Source: Patescibacteria group bacterium | GTDB lineage: Bacteria > Patescibacteriota > Minisyncoccia > Phycocordibacterales > JAKAEA01 | Direction of reading: 5' to 3' | Length of the DNA stretch: 64,000 bases | NCBI GenBank assembly: GCA_040387855.1 | Contig: JAZKCY010000001.1 | Span: forward strand, 25,334-89,333 | Shown here: positions 37,576-47,859 of the stretch, in pieces | Layout of the letters: every line of letters begins with the position of its first letter | Numbering within the stretch: the first letter of the stretch is position 1 | Notes under the pieces: model-generated | What the model was told of the DNA's origin: nothing | The model's input: only the letters and a program-made list of their open reading frames with translations | Database searches by the model: none | Made by a program: the position numbers and the translations under genes

Positions 37576-40541
37576 TTTTCCTTACCTTTACCTGTGAGTT
37601 GTTTGTGGATGTCTCTCATTCGTTTGAGCTCTACCTCTGCAGTCTTTCGTGCCTTGAGTAATGCCTTTGAAGCATCATCTGTACCAGTAACCCCAGTACC
37701 TGCTGCAACAGCTGCTTCAAGCTGAGCTCGTTCACGAGAAGGTGTACCCGCACTACTGTCACTATATTTATCAGCAGTCTTTTTAAGGTGTTGACCAATT
37801 TCAAGTATTTGTTCTGGAGTGAGTTTTCCTGACTTACGTGCAGCTTCAGCTTGTTCATACGTAAGAAGGGTCGCGACTTTTTCTTGTGTGAGAGTTCCTG
37901 CTTTCAATCCCTTGATCATGTTTGGATTAGCCTTAGCATCAGTAATGATTTTCTTGATTTCTTCTTCAGATTTATTATCTGCAACTGCATCATCAAGTGC
38001 ATCCTGAAGATCTGCGAGCTTGTCTTCATCTGATTTCTTGGTGTTTCTCATTTGATCCATATGTTTCTGAGCTACTCTACTGTAGCCAGCCATACCTCCA
38101 CCACCTCGAGCTACCGTGATTGCTCCACGTGCAACACCAGCAGTAGCTCCTACTCCCGCTCCAAGTGCTGCACCTGCACCACCACCACCTGCTATTTGTC
38201 CTGCTACAGCACCTGTTGCAGTATAGTTAACAACACGAGCTATCTGTTGTTTCCAAGTCTTATTTCCAAGCTGTGCAGCATATGTATTTCGTTTTTCCTC
38301 AATATTTCGAACAGCTCGTCGTTGGAGTTTCTTAAGATTGTCTTCTTCTGTTTTAATTGCTTTGCTTGCTTTCTCAACTTGTTCAGGTGTTGCCCCGGCA
38401 GCAATCGCCTTTCTTTCAACGTCCTTAAGATCCTTAATTGCTTTTTGTGATGCCTCAATATTATTCCAATCATCACCACCAATCATTCCTTTGGATCCAA
38501 AGCGTGCTCGTATTGCTGCACCCACACGAGTTGCACCACCTCGATCTCTTCGAGCCTCTATCTTTCGATCTTGTTCTTCTGCTCTACCAGCATAACCTCC
38601 CTTGTTGCCTCCCTTTCCTAGCACTTTGCTCATACCACCAACATTTCGGAGATCGTATTCTGAAGATGCTCGCTTTTGAAGAAGTTCCAAACGCTGCTTT
38701 GCTCGTGAATCCCCTGCTTTTGCAGCAAGTTCAAGCGTTGATTTTTCTTTACCTAATCTATATTGAGCATATCTACCTACAGTATTTCTACCTGCAGATG
38801 CTCCCAATCCAGCGGTAGCCATACCTGCAGCTCCTCGTGCACCCCGCGCTGCTCCCCGAGCTCCGTTTATTGTACCTTGTCCCATGCGTCGAACTGCATT
38901 TGATGAAATACCTTGTACCTTATTAAATGCTGCTCCTGTCATTCCTCCAGCACCAGATGCAACTGATGTTGCTAAAACTGCTGCTGCATTTATAAGACCA
39001 ATAAGTAATACGAAATTAAAGATTTGTGATGCTTCGTTTGTTTCACCTGTTTTTGGTGAAAATCCGCTTGCAAGTGTTCCTGCAATTTGTGTTGATCCAG
39101 AACTGGTATTTACATCAGTTTTGCCTTTAATTTTAAGTTGCTCAGCTAAAATGAATACTAATAGAATGAGAATCATGTACAGTGGTGCGAATACCAACTG
39201 AGACATAAGAGTACTCCACCACTTCTTTGCCCAACCATTTGTTGCAGGAAGAATATAACCGAAATATCCTATAGGAGAAAGGATAAGAAGGAAAAGTAAT
39301 ACAATAAATCGAATGAGTAAGAGTGCTGAAATATAGAGAAATGTTAACCCTACGGCAACGAGAAATACAGATCCACCAATTCCTAAAATAAGAATTGAGT
39401 TCCATCCTCCAGTCAAAAGATTAGCATGGCCGTTTTTGGGATCATACAGAGATGTAATGTTTAAGTACCCTGCCATTTTATTAGAAATATTTCCAATAGT
39501 ATCTGCATTTCCTGTCCCCTCAGTACTTTTTGCAAATTCTTTGTGGAACTGTGTCGTGAGAATATTCGATCCGTCGATGAGAACTTTTGTAAAAAACAGA
39601 CTGAAGTTGATAAGAATTCCAAAGATAATCAGATTACGAAGTACTCGTTTTGTATCAATATTGCTAAATCCTAAAATAGTGTTAACTGCTATATATATGA
39701 GTATATATATGAGCGTCATATTGCAGAGATCTCGAATAAGTGCCCAGCCATAATTAATACCACTCAAAGTCTGAACCTTGTCAGCCATTGTGGTGATCGT
39801 AAATTGAATTGTGTAGTTTAAAGCAAGACCTGTAATACCTACAAACCATGCTGCTGCTGAAATTGCAGTGAATGCCATCCAGGCTGCGACATATTTAAGA
39901 CAGGCTTCAAGATTTACTGGAGTTGTACTCAATTCGATTCTACATGCTGCTTCAGCAAGGGCCATACCCTGTCCAGCTTTATCAAATTTTGCACCCGATT
40001 CATCAGTTGGATCTATCATCTTGGCCATCTGATTTCTATCGTTGGTACCATTCGCAAGTGCAGAATTAACCCAATTAATGTTAGTAGCCATTTGAGCAGG
40101 ATCTTGGGTGATCTTGAAATCCTGCATGTCATTCATATAATTGGTAAGTGCCTGCATATGAGGTCTCATTCTCTCTGCAAGATCTTTATTTCCAGACGTA
40201 ATAGCATTATTGTATTGCTTTGCTGAGGTTACATAAAGATTGTGAACTTTGTCATATTGAGTTAAAAACTGCATACACATATCATTGGGAGGATTTGTAC
40301 AGTGTGGTCGTACTTCATATCCATGGGCAAATCTACCACCTTGATTTCCTCCTTTTTGTTCCCCTTCAATTAATGCTCCGGGTATTAGAACTCGTGCACC
40401 TCCAATAGTGTCTTGATAACCAGGTACTTTATTTCCTATACGGAAGTCATAGAAAATGTCAGCTTGTGCACTATTTGCTCCAGCAACAAAGAGTGTAATT
40501 GCTAGTACGAATATATTAATGAGTAGAAATAATTTCTTCAT
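37566..40541 (-). CDS. Extended VirB6/TrbL-like polytopic membrane protein
   Basis: GWALIRDLCN, GILINFSLFFTKVLIDGSN, LLIRFIVLLFLLILSPIG...LP...KKWW..L..QLVFAP core; long Gly/Ala-rich basic C-terminal tail. Confidence 0.78.
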   Translation of the reverse strand: MKKLFLLINIFVLAITLFVAGANSAQADIFYDFRIGNKVPGYQDTIGGARVLIPGALIEGEQKGGNQGGRFAHGYEVRPHCTNPPNDMCMQFLTQYDKVHNLYVTSAKQYNNAITSGNKDLAERMRPHMQALTNYMNDMQDFKITQDPAQMATNINWVNSALANGTNDRNQMAKMIDPTDESGAKFDKAGQGMALAEAACRIELSTTPVNLEACLKYVAAWMAFTAISAAAWFVGITGLALNYTIQFTITTMADKVQTLSGINYGWALIRDLCNMTLIYILIYIAVNTILGFSNIDTKRVLRNLIIFGILINFSLFFTKVLIDGSNILTTQFHKEFAKSTEGTGNADTIGNISNKMAGYLNITSLYDPKNGHANLLTGGWNSILILGIGGSVFLVAVGLTFLYISALLLIRFIVLLFLLILSPIGYFGYILPATNGWAKKWWSTLMSQLVFAPLYMILILLVFILAEQLKIKGKTDVNTSSGSTQIAGTLASGFSPKTGETNEASQIFNFVLLIGLINAAAVLATSVASGAGGMTGAAFNKVQGISSNAVRRMGQGTINGARGAARGARGAAGMATAGLGASAGRNTVGRYAQYRLGKEKSTLELAAKAGDSRAKQRLELLQKRASSEYDLRNVGGMSKVLGKGGNKGGYAGRAEEQDRKIEARRDRGGATRVGAAIRARFGSKGMIGGDDWNNIEASQKAIKDLKDVERKAIAAGATPEQVEKASKAIKTEEDNLKKLQRRAVRNIEEKRNTYAAQLGNKTWKQQIARVVNYTATGAVAGQIAGGGGAGAALGAGVGATAGVARGAITVARGGGGMAGYSRVAQKHMDQMRNTKKSDEDKLADLQDALDDAVADNKSEEEIKKIITDAKANPNMIKGLKAGTLTQEKVATLLTYEQAEAARKSGKLTPEQILEIGQHLKKTADKYSDSSAGTPSRERAQLEAAVAAGTGVTGTDDASKALLKARKTAEVELKRMRDIHKQLTGKGKENWL

Positions 40542-40542
40542 G

Positions 40543-42459
40543 CTATTGAATAACCTGCACTTGTCGAACTATCTTTGAACTTGAACCATTCACATCGGTA
40601 ACACTATATGTAATGTTGTGAACTCCTGGCAGACTTGTATTTATTGTACCTGTTCCTTCTACGGTAATATTTGCAGAAATATCTACACCATTATTATCTA
40701 CTGCAGTTGCACCTGGATCAATAAATTGCTGACCAACATTAATAGTTGTGTATGAAACTCGTCCCTGACTATCTGCTTTTAATGTAATCTTTGGCTTTGC
40801 ATACTGATATGCTTCAATCTCACCTATATATAATGGACCTCTTCCAATTCCTTGTACACGCACAACTCGTCCTTTCACGGCAGGAACAAAGAAGATGTTT
40901 GCCTGACCAATAAAGTCATGTTTGATTGCTTCTGAACTATGAACTATTTTTCCATCTTTATCGAGAATATCCACACGGAATGAGATTTCTTGATCGTTGA
41001 GTGGTGGATTTGAATTTCGTTGGTAAATTATGATTTTTCCAAACGTATAGTCTTTAGTAAGACGGACTTCCAAATATGGATCGTCTACAGCTGCTGTTCG
41101 AGCTCCGTCATATGACGCACCATCTTCTTCATCAAGAAAACCAGAATCACTTTCATCAGTTTTATCCCCGTCTATCAATTTATCGTAATCAACCCTTGTT
41201 CTTCCCGCCCCATCTTTCACATGGCCAGTTCCTTTTACGGCAACGTTTTCTTCAGGATTTATATTTTCATCTTCCTCTACTGTTGAGCCATTTTGATTTT
41301 CAGCGTTTTCTCGGGCTGCATCAGCAGCTCCGTTTCCAAGATCTGTAAAACCCTTTAAGTAATCATCTCGAAGATTATCAAACGGTCGAGTTGTTCCCCC
41401 ATTTCCTGTATTACCATGTCCGGTTGAACCAAGAAGACCGTGTGCTCCGGCTATTGTTCGAGTAAAGATTTGGTTTGCCAATGCATAATAAAGTTTTTCA
41501 AAACTATCAACAAATCCTAGTTGATCTTTTTCTATTCCCAATGCCTGATTGAGAGATTCACCAATAGTACTTCCTGGAGTTTTGATTTCACAATTGTCAC
41601 CTTCATCTGTTTTAAATACTCGAGCTGGTTTTTTACCAGGTTGAGTTGGTGGGTTTTTTGACCCCCCGTATTCTGTATACGTAGTATTATCTTTTCGCTT
41701 ACATTCTGTCCATGATAGAAAGCCTCCTCCCCAATTGAGTTTCATTTCTTCTAATAAATTTTTGTCACCAATTCGAACAGCAAGTTCTGATTGGGCACTA
41801 AGATATGCCCCCTGATAGGTGTTCTTAGGCTTTTGAGTCATTTCAAACCATCCTGCCCATCCACCCTCATCAAAATCTTGATAAAATTTATCTACATTTT
41901 GAACAACCTGCGTCAACGTACATTGGGCTTGTTCAGCATATTGATTTTGGTAGGAATAGTTGAGAGCAAGAGCTATTTTTATATCTATTTGAAAAGGTTT
42001 ACACATGAAGCCTAAGGGACTTCCTAAAATAAACTCACCTGCCACTTGGTCTGCTGCATCAATAAAAAGTTGTTGTGGATCAGTTACAAATGATGGACTT
42101 CCGTTGAAGCCACTATTGATCCATGTTACGAGAGAATCAGTAACCTTAGCGATAACCATCTTAACAACAGGTTGCAGCAAACTGTCTAAAATGCAATCTT
42201 TAAAAAAGCCGGCATAAACTGAGCCATCCTTTACTGCAGCACTAATTGCTTCTAATTTTGCTACAGGCACTCCATATGCTTTTGTTGCTGCAGATTCACC
42301 TTTTGACCATCCTAGTGCTACTACGAAATATCCTCCACATTCTGCCCAGCCGGCTTTTGCTTCCTTTGGTTTATCAACAATAAAACTTATAGATGCAACA
42401 ATAGCTACTATAAGAAGTAGGGTTGTTGATTTTTTAAGTATCGTTAATAAATTTTTCAT
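40543..42459 (-). CDS. Secreted cluster protein with C-terminal F5/8-type (discoidin/F-lectin-like) and DUF5011-like Ig domains
   Basis: Signal peptide; Cys-containing N-domain (VTWINSGFNGSPSFV); PYLEVRL...KIIIYQR...GRVVRVQ...YIGEIEAY; PKITL...FIDPGATAVD...ITYSVTD. Confidence 0.65.
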   Translation of the reverse strand: MKNLLTILKKSTTLLLIVAIVASISFIVDKPKEAKAGWAECGGYFVVALGWSKGESAATKAYGVPVAKLEAISAAVKDGSVYAGFFKDCILDSLLQPVVKMVIAKVTDSLVTWINSGFNGSPSFVTDPQQLFIDAADQVAGEFILGSPLGFMCKPFQIDIKIALALNYSYQNQYAEQAQCTLTQVVQNVDKFYQDFDEGGWAGWFEMTQKPKNTYQGAYLSAQSELAVRIGDKNLLEEMKLNWGGGFLSWTECKRKDNTTYTEYGGSKNPPTQPGKKPARVFKTDEGDNCEIKTPGSTIGESLNQALGIEKDQLGFVDSFEKLYYALANQIFTRTIAGAHGLLGSTGHGNTGNGGTTRPFDNLRDDYLKGFTDLGNGAADAARENAENQNGSTVEEDENINPEENVAVKGTGHVKDGAGRTRVDYDKLIDGDKTDESDSGFLDEEDGASYDGARTAAVDDPYLEVRLTKDYTFGKIIIYQRNSNPPLNDQEISFRVDILDKDGKIVHSSEAIKHDFIGQANIFFVPAVKGRVVRVQGIGRGPLYIGEIEAYQYAKPKITLKADSQGRVSYTTINVGQQFIDPGATAVDNNGVDISANITVEGTGTINTSLPGVHNITYSVTDVNGSSSKIVRQVQVIQ

Positions 42460-42463
42460 ATAG

Positions 42464-43528
42464 TTAATATAGTCCTAATGCCATTTGAAACCCAGGCTCA
42501 TCTTGTCTATAGGTAACATTAAATTTTGTATATACTCCTTGCATCGATTTTAAAGAGACCTGAATTTGCTCCATAGTTTTAATATATGTTTGGATTCCGA
42601 ATACTGAAGACACTGGATCAGTAAACATTTGCATAATGAGCTGATCAGAATAAACAGCATTTAAAAATCCATTCATGAGATCAACATGTAATGTACTCAT
42701 ACTATAAGGAACTGAAGTTGTCTTTAACTCTCGTATAATATTTTCGTATGAAGCAATGATTTTAGGGATCTTTTCTAAATATTCTGGACTCTGTGTATTT
42801 GAAGCCTGCCCAGCAAGGTAAAGTTCATTAATAATTATGTCCCCTTCCATTTGATTAATGCTGTTTTTCGCAAAAATACTTCCAATTGTATTTCCGTAAT
42901 TTTTTATACTAGTGCTCGTATCATCAATAACTGCAATATTGTTTATTGTAAATCTCTGACCACCGCTTACAGATCCTTCATAAGTGGCTAGAACTTGTTG
43001 AATGAGTGCTGTTTGATCAGTTTCATTTACTTCGCCTGAAGTCTGTTTGAGTTTCATATATTGCTCAAAGAAGTCTCTACCAAATCTTGCTGTGATTGAG
43101 CTGTCGATTTCTCCAGATGCTGCTGTACTACTTGCTGTTGTGGTCGTGTTTGATATTGCTGTTGCAAGCTTGTCATCAGGCCCTGCAATCATTGGATCTC
43201 TTTGAGCTTTTACTTCTGCTCCGTCTGAAGTGCCGTCTCCATCGGTATCAGCAAGCTTTGGATTTGTTTTCCATAGTACCTCTTCCCAATCTTTTAGTGT
43301 GTCATTGTCTGTGTCATTTTCTAGAATTTGGTTTTTAATTACATTTGAAGTATCAGCAATGAGATTTGTGGGCTGACTTTCTAAATTAATTTTTGATGAA
43401 TAGATAGCAGCAAAAGCAATACTCCCAACGGCGATGCCGCAGGCTCCAAATAATGTTATTACCTTTTTTGATGGCAGTACCAAAGTGATATTATTATGCC
43501 TTATCATTATAGCAGGCTTCGCTTCCAA
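42464..43528 (-). CDS. Membrane-anchored protein with thrombospondin-type-3-like Ca-binding repeats
   Basis: DTDNDTLKDWEE..WKTNP..ADTDGDGTSDGAEV; start uncertain. Confidence 0.7.
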   Translation of the reverse strand: MEAKPAIMIRHNNITLVLPSKKVITLFGACGIAVGSIAFAAIYSSKINLESQPTNLIADTSNVIKNQILENDTDNDTLKDWEEVLWKTNPKLADTDGDGTSDGAEVKAQRDPMIAGPDDKLATAISNTTTTASSTAASGEIDSSITARFGRDFFEQYMKLKQTSGEVNETDQTALIQQVLATYEGSVSGGQRFTINNIAVIDDTSTSIKNYGNTIGSIFAKNSINQMEGDIIINELYLAGQASNTQSPEYLEKIPKIIASYENIIRELKTTSVPYSMSTLHVDLMNGFLNAVYSDQLIMQMFTDPVSSVFGIQTYIKTMEQIQVSLKSMQGVYTKFNVTYRQDEPGFQMALGLY

Positions 43529-43575
43529 CTTTATACCTCAGCTTGGGGATAAATAGAGTGTGTTATACTTTTTCT

Positions 43576-44688
43576 ATGATAAAAAAAGTTGGGATATTTC
43601 TTTTTGCTGCCACCACTGTATTTATTTTTTCTAAAAGTGTGTCAGCCTATGTTTTTTCACAAACCTTAAAAGTCGGACAAACACATCCTGATGTTAAGGA
43701 ATTACAAAAGATTCTTAATCAAGATCCACAAACACGAATAAGCAGTACTGGAGTTGGTTCTTCAGGACAAGAAACTACTTATTTTGGCCAAATGACCTTC
43801 CAAGCAGTGATAAAATTTCAGAATAAGTATGCTTCAGAGGTACTTTTGCCTGCTGGCTTAACAAAAGGTACTGGCTTTGTGGGTGCTGCAACAATAAAAA
43901 AGCTTAATTCATTAAGCGCTGGTGGACAAACCACTACAGTTACTAGTCAAAATGGCTTAAATCAACAATCAATTGATCCACTTGCAGCCTTTTATGTTCC
44001 CTACGCTGAACGAATCAATATATATGCTACTGATTATAAGTTTGATGAAGTCAAAAAAACTGTTATTTCTAGGGTTAATAATGCAATTAGTACTGGTAAA
44101 AACCCTGATTTAAGCGATATTGTAAATAAACCAGCTTCTGCTATGGGTGAAGTTTTCCTTCAGGGGGCTTCTTCTGCTGTCGTTAGTGTGGGTGGAACCC
44201 TCACCCTTAATGGAACAGGATTTACCTCAAATAACACTCTATATATAGGAGATACCTATGCCGTTAAGAATGTGGCTTCAAATGGAGGTATTCTAAACAT
44301 AAAAGTCCCTCCAGTTCCCTTTGGCAGATATGATATCGCTATAAGAAATAGTAAGGGATTAAGTAATACGGGAGTTATTGTTGTTACAAACGACGGTAAA
44401 AGCCATGTAAAAATAGATTCTATTGAGCCTGCAAAGATTTCCTATGGGCAAACTCTTACGTTAAAAGGCTCTGGTTTTACATCATCAAATGACGTTATTA
44501 CTATTCATGGTATTCAAAAAGGAGTGGTTTCTTCAGATGGCACCACGATTTCATTTGCTTTTACCCCTGAAAACATGAGAGAAATTGCAAAATATAGCAG
44601 AAACCAAACAGATATGTCGGTTCCTATCACTATTGTGAATGCGAATGGTGTATTTGTTCACCCTTCTGGTTTTAGATTAAGTTACTAA
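43576..44688 (+). CDS. Secreted protein with peptidoglycan-binding domain and two IPT/TIG-like domains
   Basis: LKVGQTHPDVKELQKILN...YFGQMTFQAVIKFQ...GFVGAATIKKLN; TLTLNGTGFT and TLTLKGSGFT. Confidence 0.75.
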   Translation: MIKKVGIFLFAATTVFIFSKSVSAYVFSQTLKVGQTHPDVKELQKILNQDPQTRISSTGVGSSGQETTYFGQMTFQAVIKFQNKYASEVLLPAGLTKGTGFVGAATIKKLNSLSAGGQTTTVTSQNGLNQQSIDPLAAFYVPYAERINIYATDYKFDEVKKTVISRVNNAISTGKNPDLSDIVNKPASAMGEVFLQGASSAVVSVGGTLTLNGTGFTSNNTLYIGDTYAVKNVASNGGILNIKVPPVPFGRYDIAIRNSKGLSNTGVIVVTNDGKSHVKIDSIEPAKISYGQTLTLKGSGFTSSNDVITIHGIQKGVVSSDGTTISFAFTPENMREIAKYSRNQTDMSVPITIVNANGVFVHPSGFRLSY

Positions 44689-44690
44689 AT

Positions 44691-45086
44691 ATGAATATGA
44701 AAATCATTAAAAAAAACATACTCCTAACTGTTGGCCTTATAATTGCTCTTTTTTTCTCAGTCGCACCTTTAGCTAATGCACAAGGTATGTATTACGGTGG
44801 ATTTCATACAGTGTTTTTGCCCTGTACATCAACAAGTAATATGTGGTATTTAGTAATTCCTTTTTATTTACAAGGTACAGGAGGAGTTCCAACCGGAGCA
44901 ACAATTACAACCACAAACTACTCAGGATTGACTAGATATGCTAACTTTTTTATTCATTCTGGTAACTGGTCAACGGGAAGATTAGCAAGCAATTCATCAC
45001 AGTGTCAGATTTATCTTGTATATACAACTATAACTATCCCAAATATGTATACCTTTGATGAGTCTACGATTGGAACATCACCGTAG
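44691..45086 (+). CDS. Small secreted hypothetical protein (two Cys)
   Basis: Signal peptide ending ANA; starts 2 nt after the upstream gene. Confidence 0.6.
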   Translation: MNMKIIKKNILLTVGLIIALFFSVAPLANAQGMYYGGFHTVFLPCTSTSNMWYLVIPFYLQGTGGVPTGATITTTNYSGLTRYANFFIHSGNWSTGRLASNSSQCQIYLVYTTITIPNMYTFDESTIGTSP

Positions 45087-45866
45087 AATCTCAGTAAGTT
45101 TCTTCCAAGCTAAAAGCCCGACGTCCTCAGCGCGGGCTTTTTCATTGATTCCAGCGCTTATAAGGGCATTACTAATGTCTTTTTCAGGAAAAGCTGTGTG
45201 TAAATTACCAGCGAGCATTTTTCTCTTGTGAGCAAAACCTGCTTTAATAACAGTAAAAAATTCTTCTTCTGTAATAGTATTGAAAAAGTCTCGTGAAATA
45301 CTATCTATTAAAAGAATAGCAGAATCTACTTTAGGTTGTGGTGAAAAATATTTTGCAGCTACTTTACCAATGTACTTTGGGGTTCCATAGGCTTTTACGC
45401 TAAGCGATAAAATACTTTCTTTTTCATCTCGAGCTACTATTCGCTGCGCAACTTCCTTTTGGACGAGTAAAACCATAAGTGATGGTTGATAGTGGGTCTC
45501 CAAAAACTTCCTAAAAATAATTCCAGTTAAATAGTACGGAATATTTGCTACAAGTTTGTAGTATTGCCCATCAGCTTTTAAATATGCTGGATCAAACTCT
45601 AGAATGTCTTGTTCATGTATTTCTAACTTTTTTTGCTCATAAGCTTCTTTGAATTCTTCCTTAAGATATGGAATAAGCCGAGTGTCTTTTTCTATAGCGA
45701 TAACTTTTCCAGCATGCTCAATAAGTAATTTCGTAAGAGCCCCCTTCCCTGGTCCTATTTCTAATATTACATCTGTATTTTCAATGCGTGCAGCTTGAAT
45801 AATTTCTCTAAGCGCTCCTTGCGATTTAAGAAAATTCTGTCCAAGTGATTTTTTTGCTGGAATCAT
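45078..45866 (-). CDS. rsmA: 16S rRNA adenine dimethyltransferase RsmA/KsgA
   Basis: KKSLGQNFL, EIGPGKG, VANIPYY, QKEVA, PKVDS. Confidence 0.96.
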   Translation of the reverse strand: MIPAKKSLGQNFLKSQGALREIIQAARIENTDVILEIGPGKGALTKLLIEHAGKVIAIEKDTRLIPYLKEEFKEAYEQKKLEIHEQDILEFDPAYLKADGQYYKLVANIPYYLTGIIFRKFLETHYQPSLMVLLVQKEVAQRIVARDEKESILSLSVKAYGTPKYIGKVAAKYFSPQPKVDSAILLIDSISRDFFNTITEEEFFTVIKAGFAHKRKMLAGNLHTAFPEKDISNALISAGINEKARAEDVGLLAWKKLTEILR

Positions 45867-45867
45867 G

Positions 45868-47817
45868 TTAATCGAAATAAACGGTCTTCAGCGCTCTGCG
45901 ATTCTCTCCCTTGCGTGTTTCTGGTTCGGTGAGCTCGTCATCAAGTTCCATAACAAACTCTGACGGGATGTTCATCTGCTTAGATCCGAAAATGGTTCGC
46001 ATACCAGCATAACTTAAATACAATTTTTTGCGAGCTCGGGTGAGCGCTACGTAGTAAAGGCGCCGTTCTTCTTCTGTGTCTATCTTGCTATCGTCTTGGC
46101 CCATTCTTCGATGTGGAAACAAGTTTTCTTCAAGGCCAGCAATAAAAACATAGTCAAATTCAAGGCCTTTTGATGCATGAACAGTCATGAGTTTAATGGC
46201 ACTTTGATCTTTAATGAGTGTGTCTTGATCACTTGCAAGTGCTGCATCTGCAAGGAGTTGATCAATTCCCTCTTCGATAGAAACCTCATCATACTTTGTT
46301 GCGAGTGTTACAAGTTCTTTAATGTTTTCTAAACGTTCTACATCTTCTTCAAGTTTACTTGCCTTTAACATGTCTTCTATTCCAGAAACTCTGATTATAA
46401 ACTTCATTGTTTCACTTGGTTTTTTTTCACTTGCTGCCTGGCGGATTTCATCGAGCACACTATAAAAACTTTCAATTTTTGCTTTTGTTGCTGCAGGCAA
46501 GCTATCTTTTTGCCCAGCAAAAAGTTTGACCAAAGTGACTTTTCCTAAGCCTCGAGCTGGAACATTAATGATTCTTTTTAAGTCAGATAATCCTTCTGGA
46601 TTAAGGGCCGCTCGCAAGTATGAAAGCACATCTTTAACTTCTTTTCGCTCAAAGAATTTAACTCCAAGAACTTGATAAGGAAGTGAATTATGAAGTAGTG
46701 CTTCTTCTAATGCTCGAGACTGAAAGTTTGCTCTATAGAGGATAGCGATCTCTCGAGGATCAATTCCTTTTTGAATAAGTTGGGCTGCCTTTTCAGCTAC
46801 AAAGTCTGCTTCATCCGATTCATCATACCCACTATAAATACCAATCGGATCCCCTGCTCCATTTTGAGTGAAAAGGTTCTTCTTTCTTCGATTTTTATTT
46901 TTCTCAATAACTTTATTTGCAGCATTAAGAATAGTTTGGGTAGATCGATAGTTCTGTTCAAGGAGCACTACTTTTGCTTCTGGGTAATCTGCTTCGAAGT
47001 TTAAAATATTTTTAAGATCTGCACCTCGCCATGAGTAAATCATTTGATCTATATCACCCACAACACAAATATTTCTGCTTTTAGCTGAAAGAAGCTGAGC
47101 AATAGTGTATTGCACTTTGTTTGTATCTTGGTACTCATCGATGTGAATATACTTCCAGATACTTTGATAGTGCTCGAGTACTTCTTTATTATTTTTTAAT
47201 AGAAGAACAGTCTTAAGAAGCAGATCATCAAAATCCAATGCTTTTTCTTTTAATAGGATTGCCTCATAACGTTTCCATACATCAGATACAATTCGGAGGA
47301 AGTATTGATTCCCGGCTTTGCCACTAAAGCTTTCAGCTGTCTCCAGATCTCCTTTAGCCTTTGAAATGGCATTCATAACCTTCGCAGGTTCAAATTGCTT
47401 GGGATCATACCCAGCACCTTCCAATGCCTCCTTTATGGCTCGTTTTGCGTCATTCTTATCAAATATTGCAAAGTGACGTGGCAAACCAATGTGTTTAGCA
47501 TTCTCTTTTAATATATGAACACCTAATGAGTGAAAGGTACTAAGAAATGGTTTGTCATGGAATGAGAGAGGCAAATTTAATTCTTTATCTTCATGAAGGA
47601 GTTTCTCAACGCGTTCTTTCATTTCTTTTGCTGCTTTATTTGTGAATGTAATTGCTAAAATATCTCGTGGTGAAACTCCTTGTTTAATTAAGTGAAGAAT
47701 TCGAAAAGTAACAGTTTTTGTTTTCCCTGCTCCCGCTCCAGCAAGAATAAGAAGCGGCCCATCCTTGTGAATTGCCGCTTCTCGTTGTTCGGTATTAAGA
47801 CCATCTAAATAATTCAT
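45868..47817 (-). CDS. pcrA: UvrD/PcrA ATP-dependent DNA helicase
   Basis: AGAGAGKT, TFTNKAA, DEYQDTN, QNYRST, MTVHASKGLEF, EEERRLYYVALTRA. Confidence 0.95.
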   Translation of the reverse strand: MNYLDGLNTEQREAAIHKDGPLLILAGAGAGKTKTVTFRILHLIKQGVSPRDILAITFTNKAAKEMKERVEKLLHEDKELNLPLSFHDKPFLSTFHSLGVHILKENAKHIGLPRHFAIFDKNDAKRAIKEALEGAGYDPKQFEPAKVMNAISKAKGDLETAESFSGKAGNQYFLRIVSDVWKRYEAILLKEKALDFDDLLLKTVLLLKNNKEVLEHYQSIWKYIHIDEYQDTNKVQYTIAQLLSAKSRNICVVGDIDQMIYSWRGADLKNILNFEADYPEAKVVLLEQNYRSTQTILNAANKVIEKNKNRRKKNLFTQNGAGDPIGIYSGYDESDEADFVAEKAAQLIQKGIDPREIAILYRANFQSRALEEALLHNSLPYQVLGVKFFERKEVKDVLSYLRAALNPEGLSDLKRIINVPARGLGKVTLVKLFAGQKDSLPAATKAKIESFYSVLDEIRQAASEKKPSETMKFIIRVSGIEDMLKASKLEEDVERLENIKELVTLATKYDEVSIEEGIDQLLADAALASDQDTLIKDQSAIKLMTVHASKGLEFDYVFIAGLEENLFPHRRMGQDDSKIDTEEERRLYYVALTRARKKLYLSYAGMRTIFGSKQMNIPSEFVMELDDELTEPETRKGENRRALKTVYFD

Positions 47818-47859
47818 GTAGAAACTATATCACTCATAAAACCAAAAACAAAAAACCGC

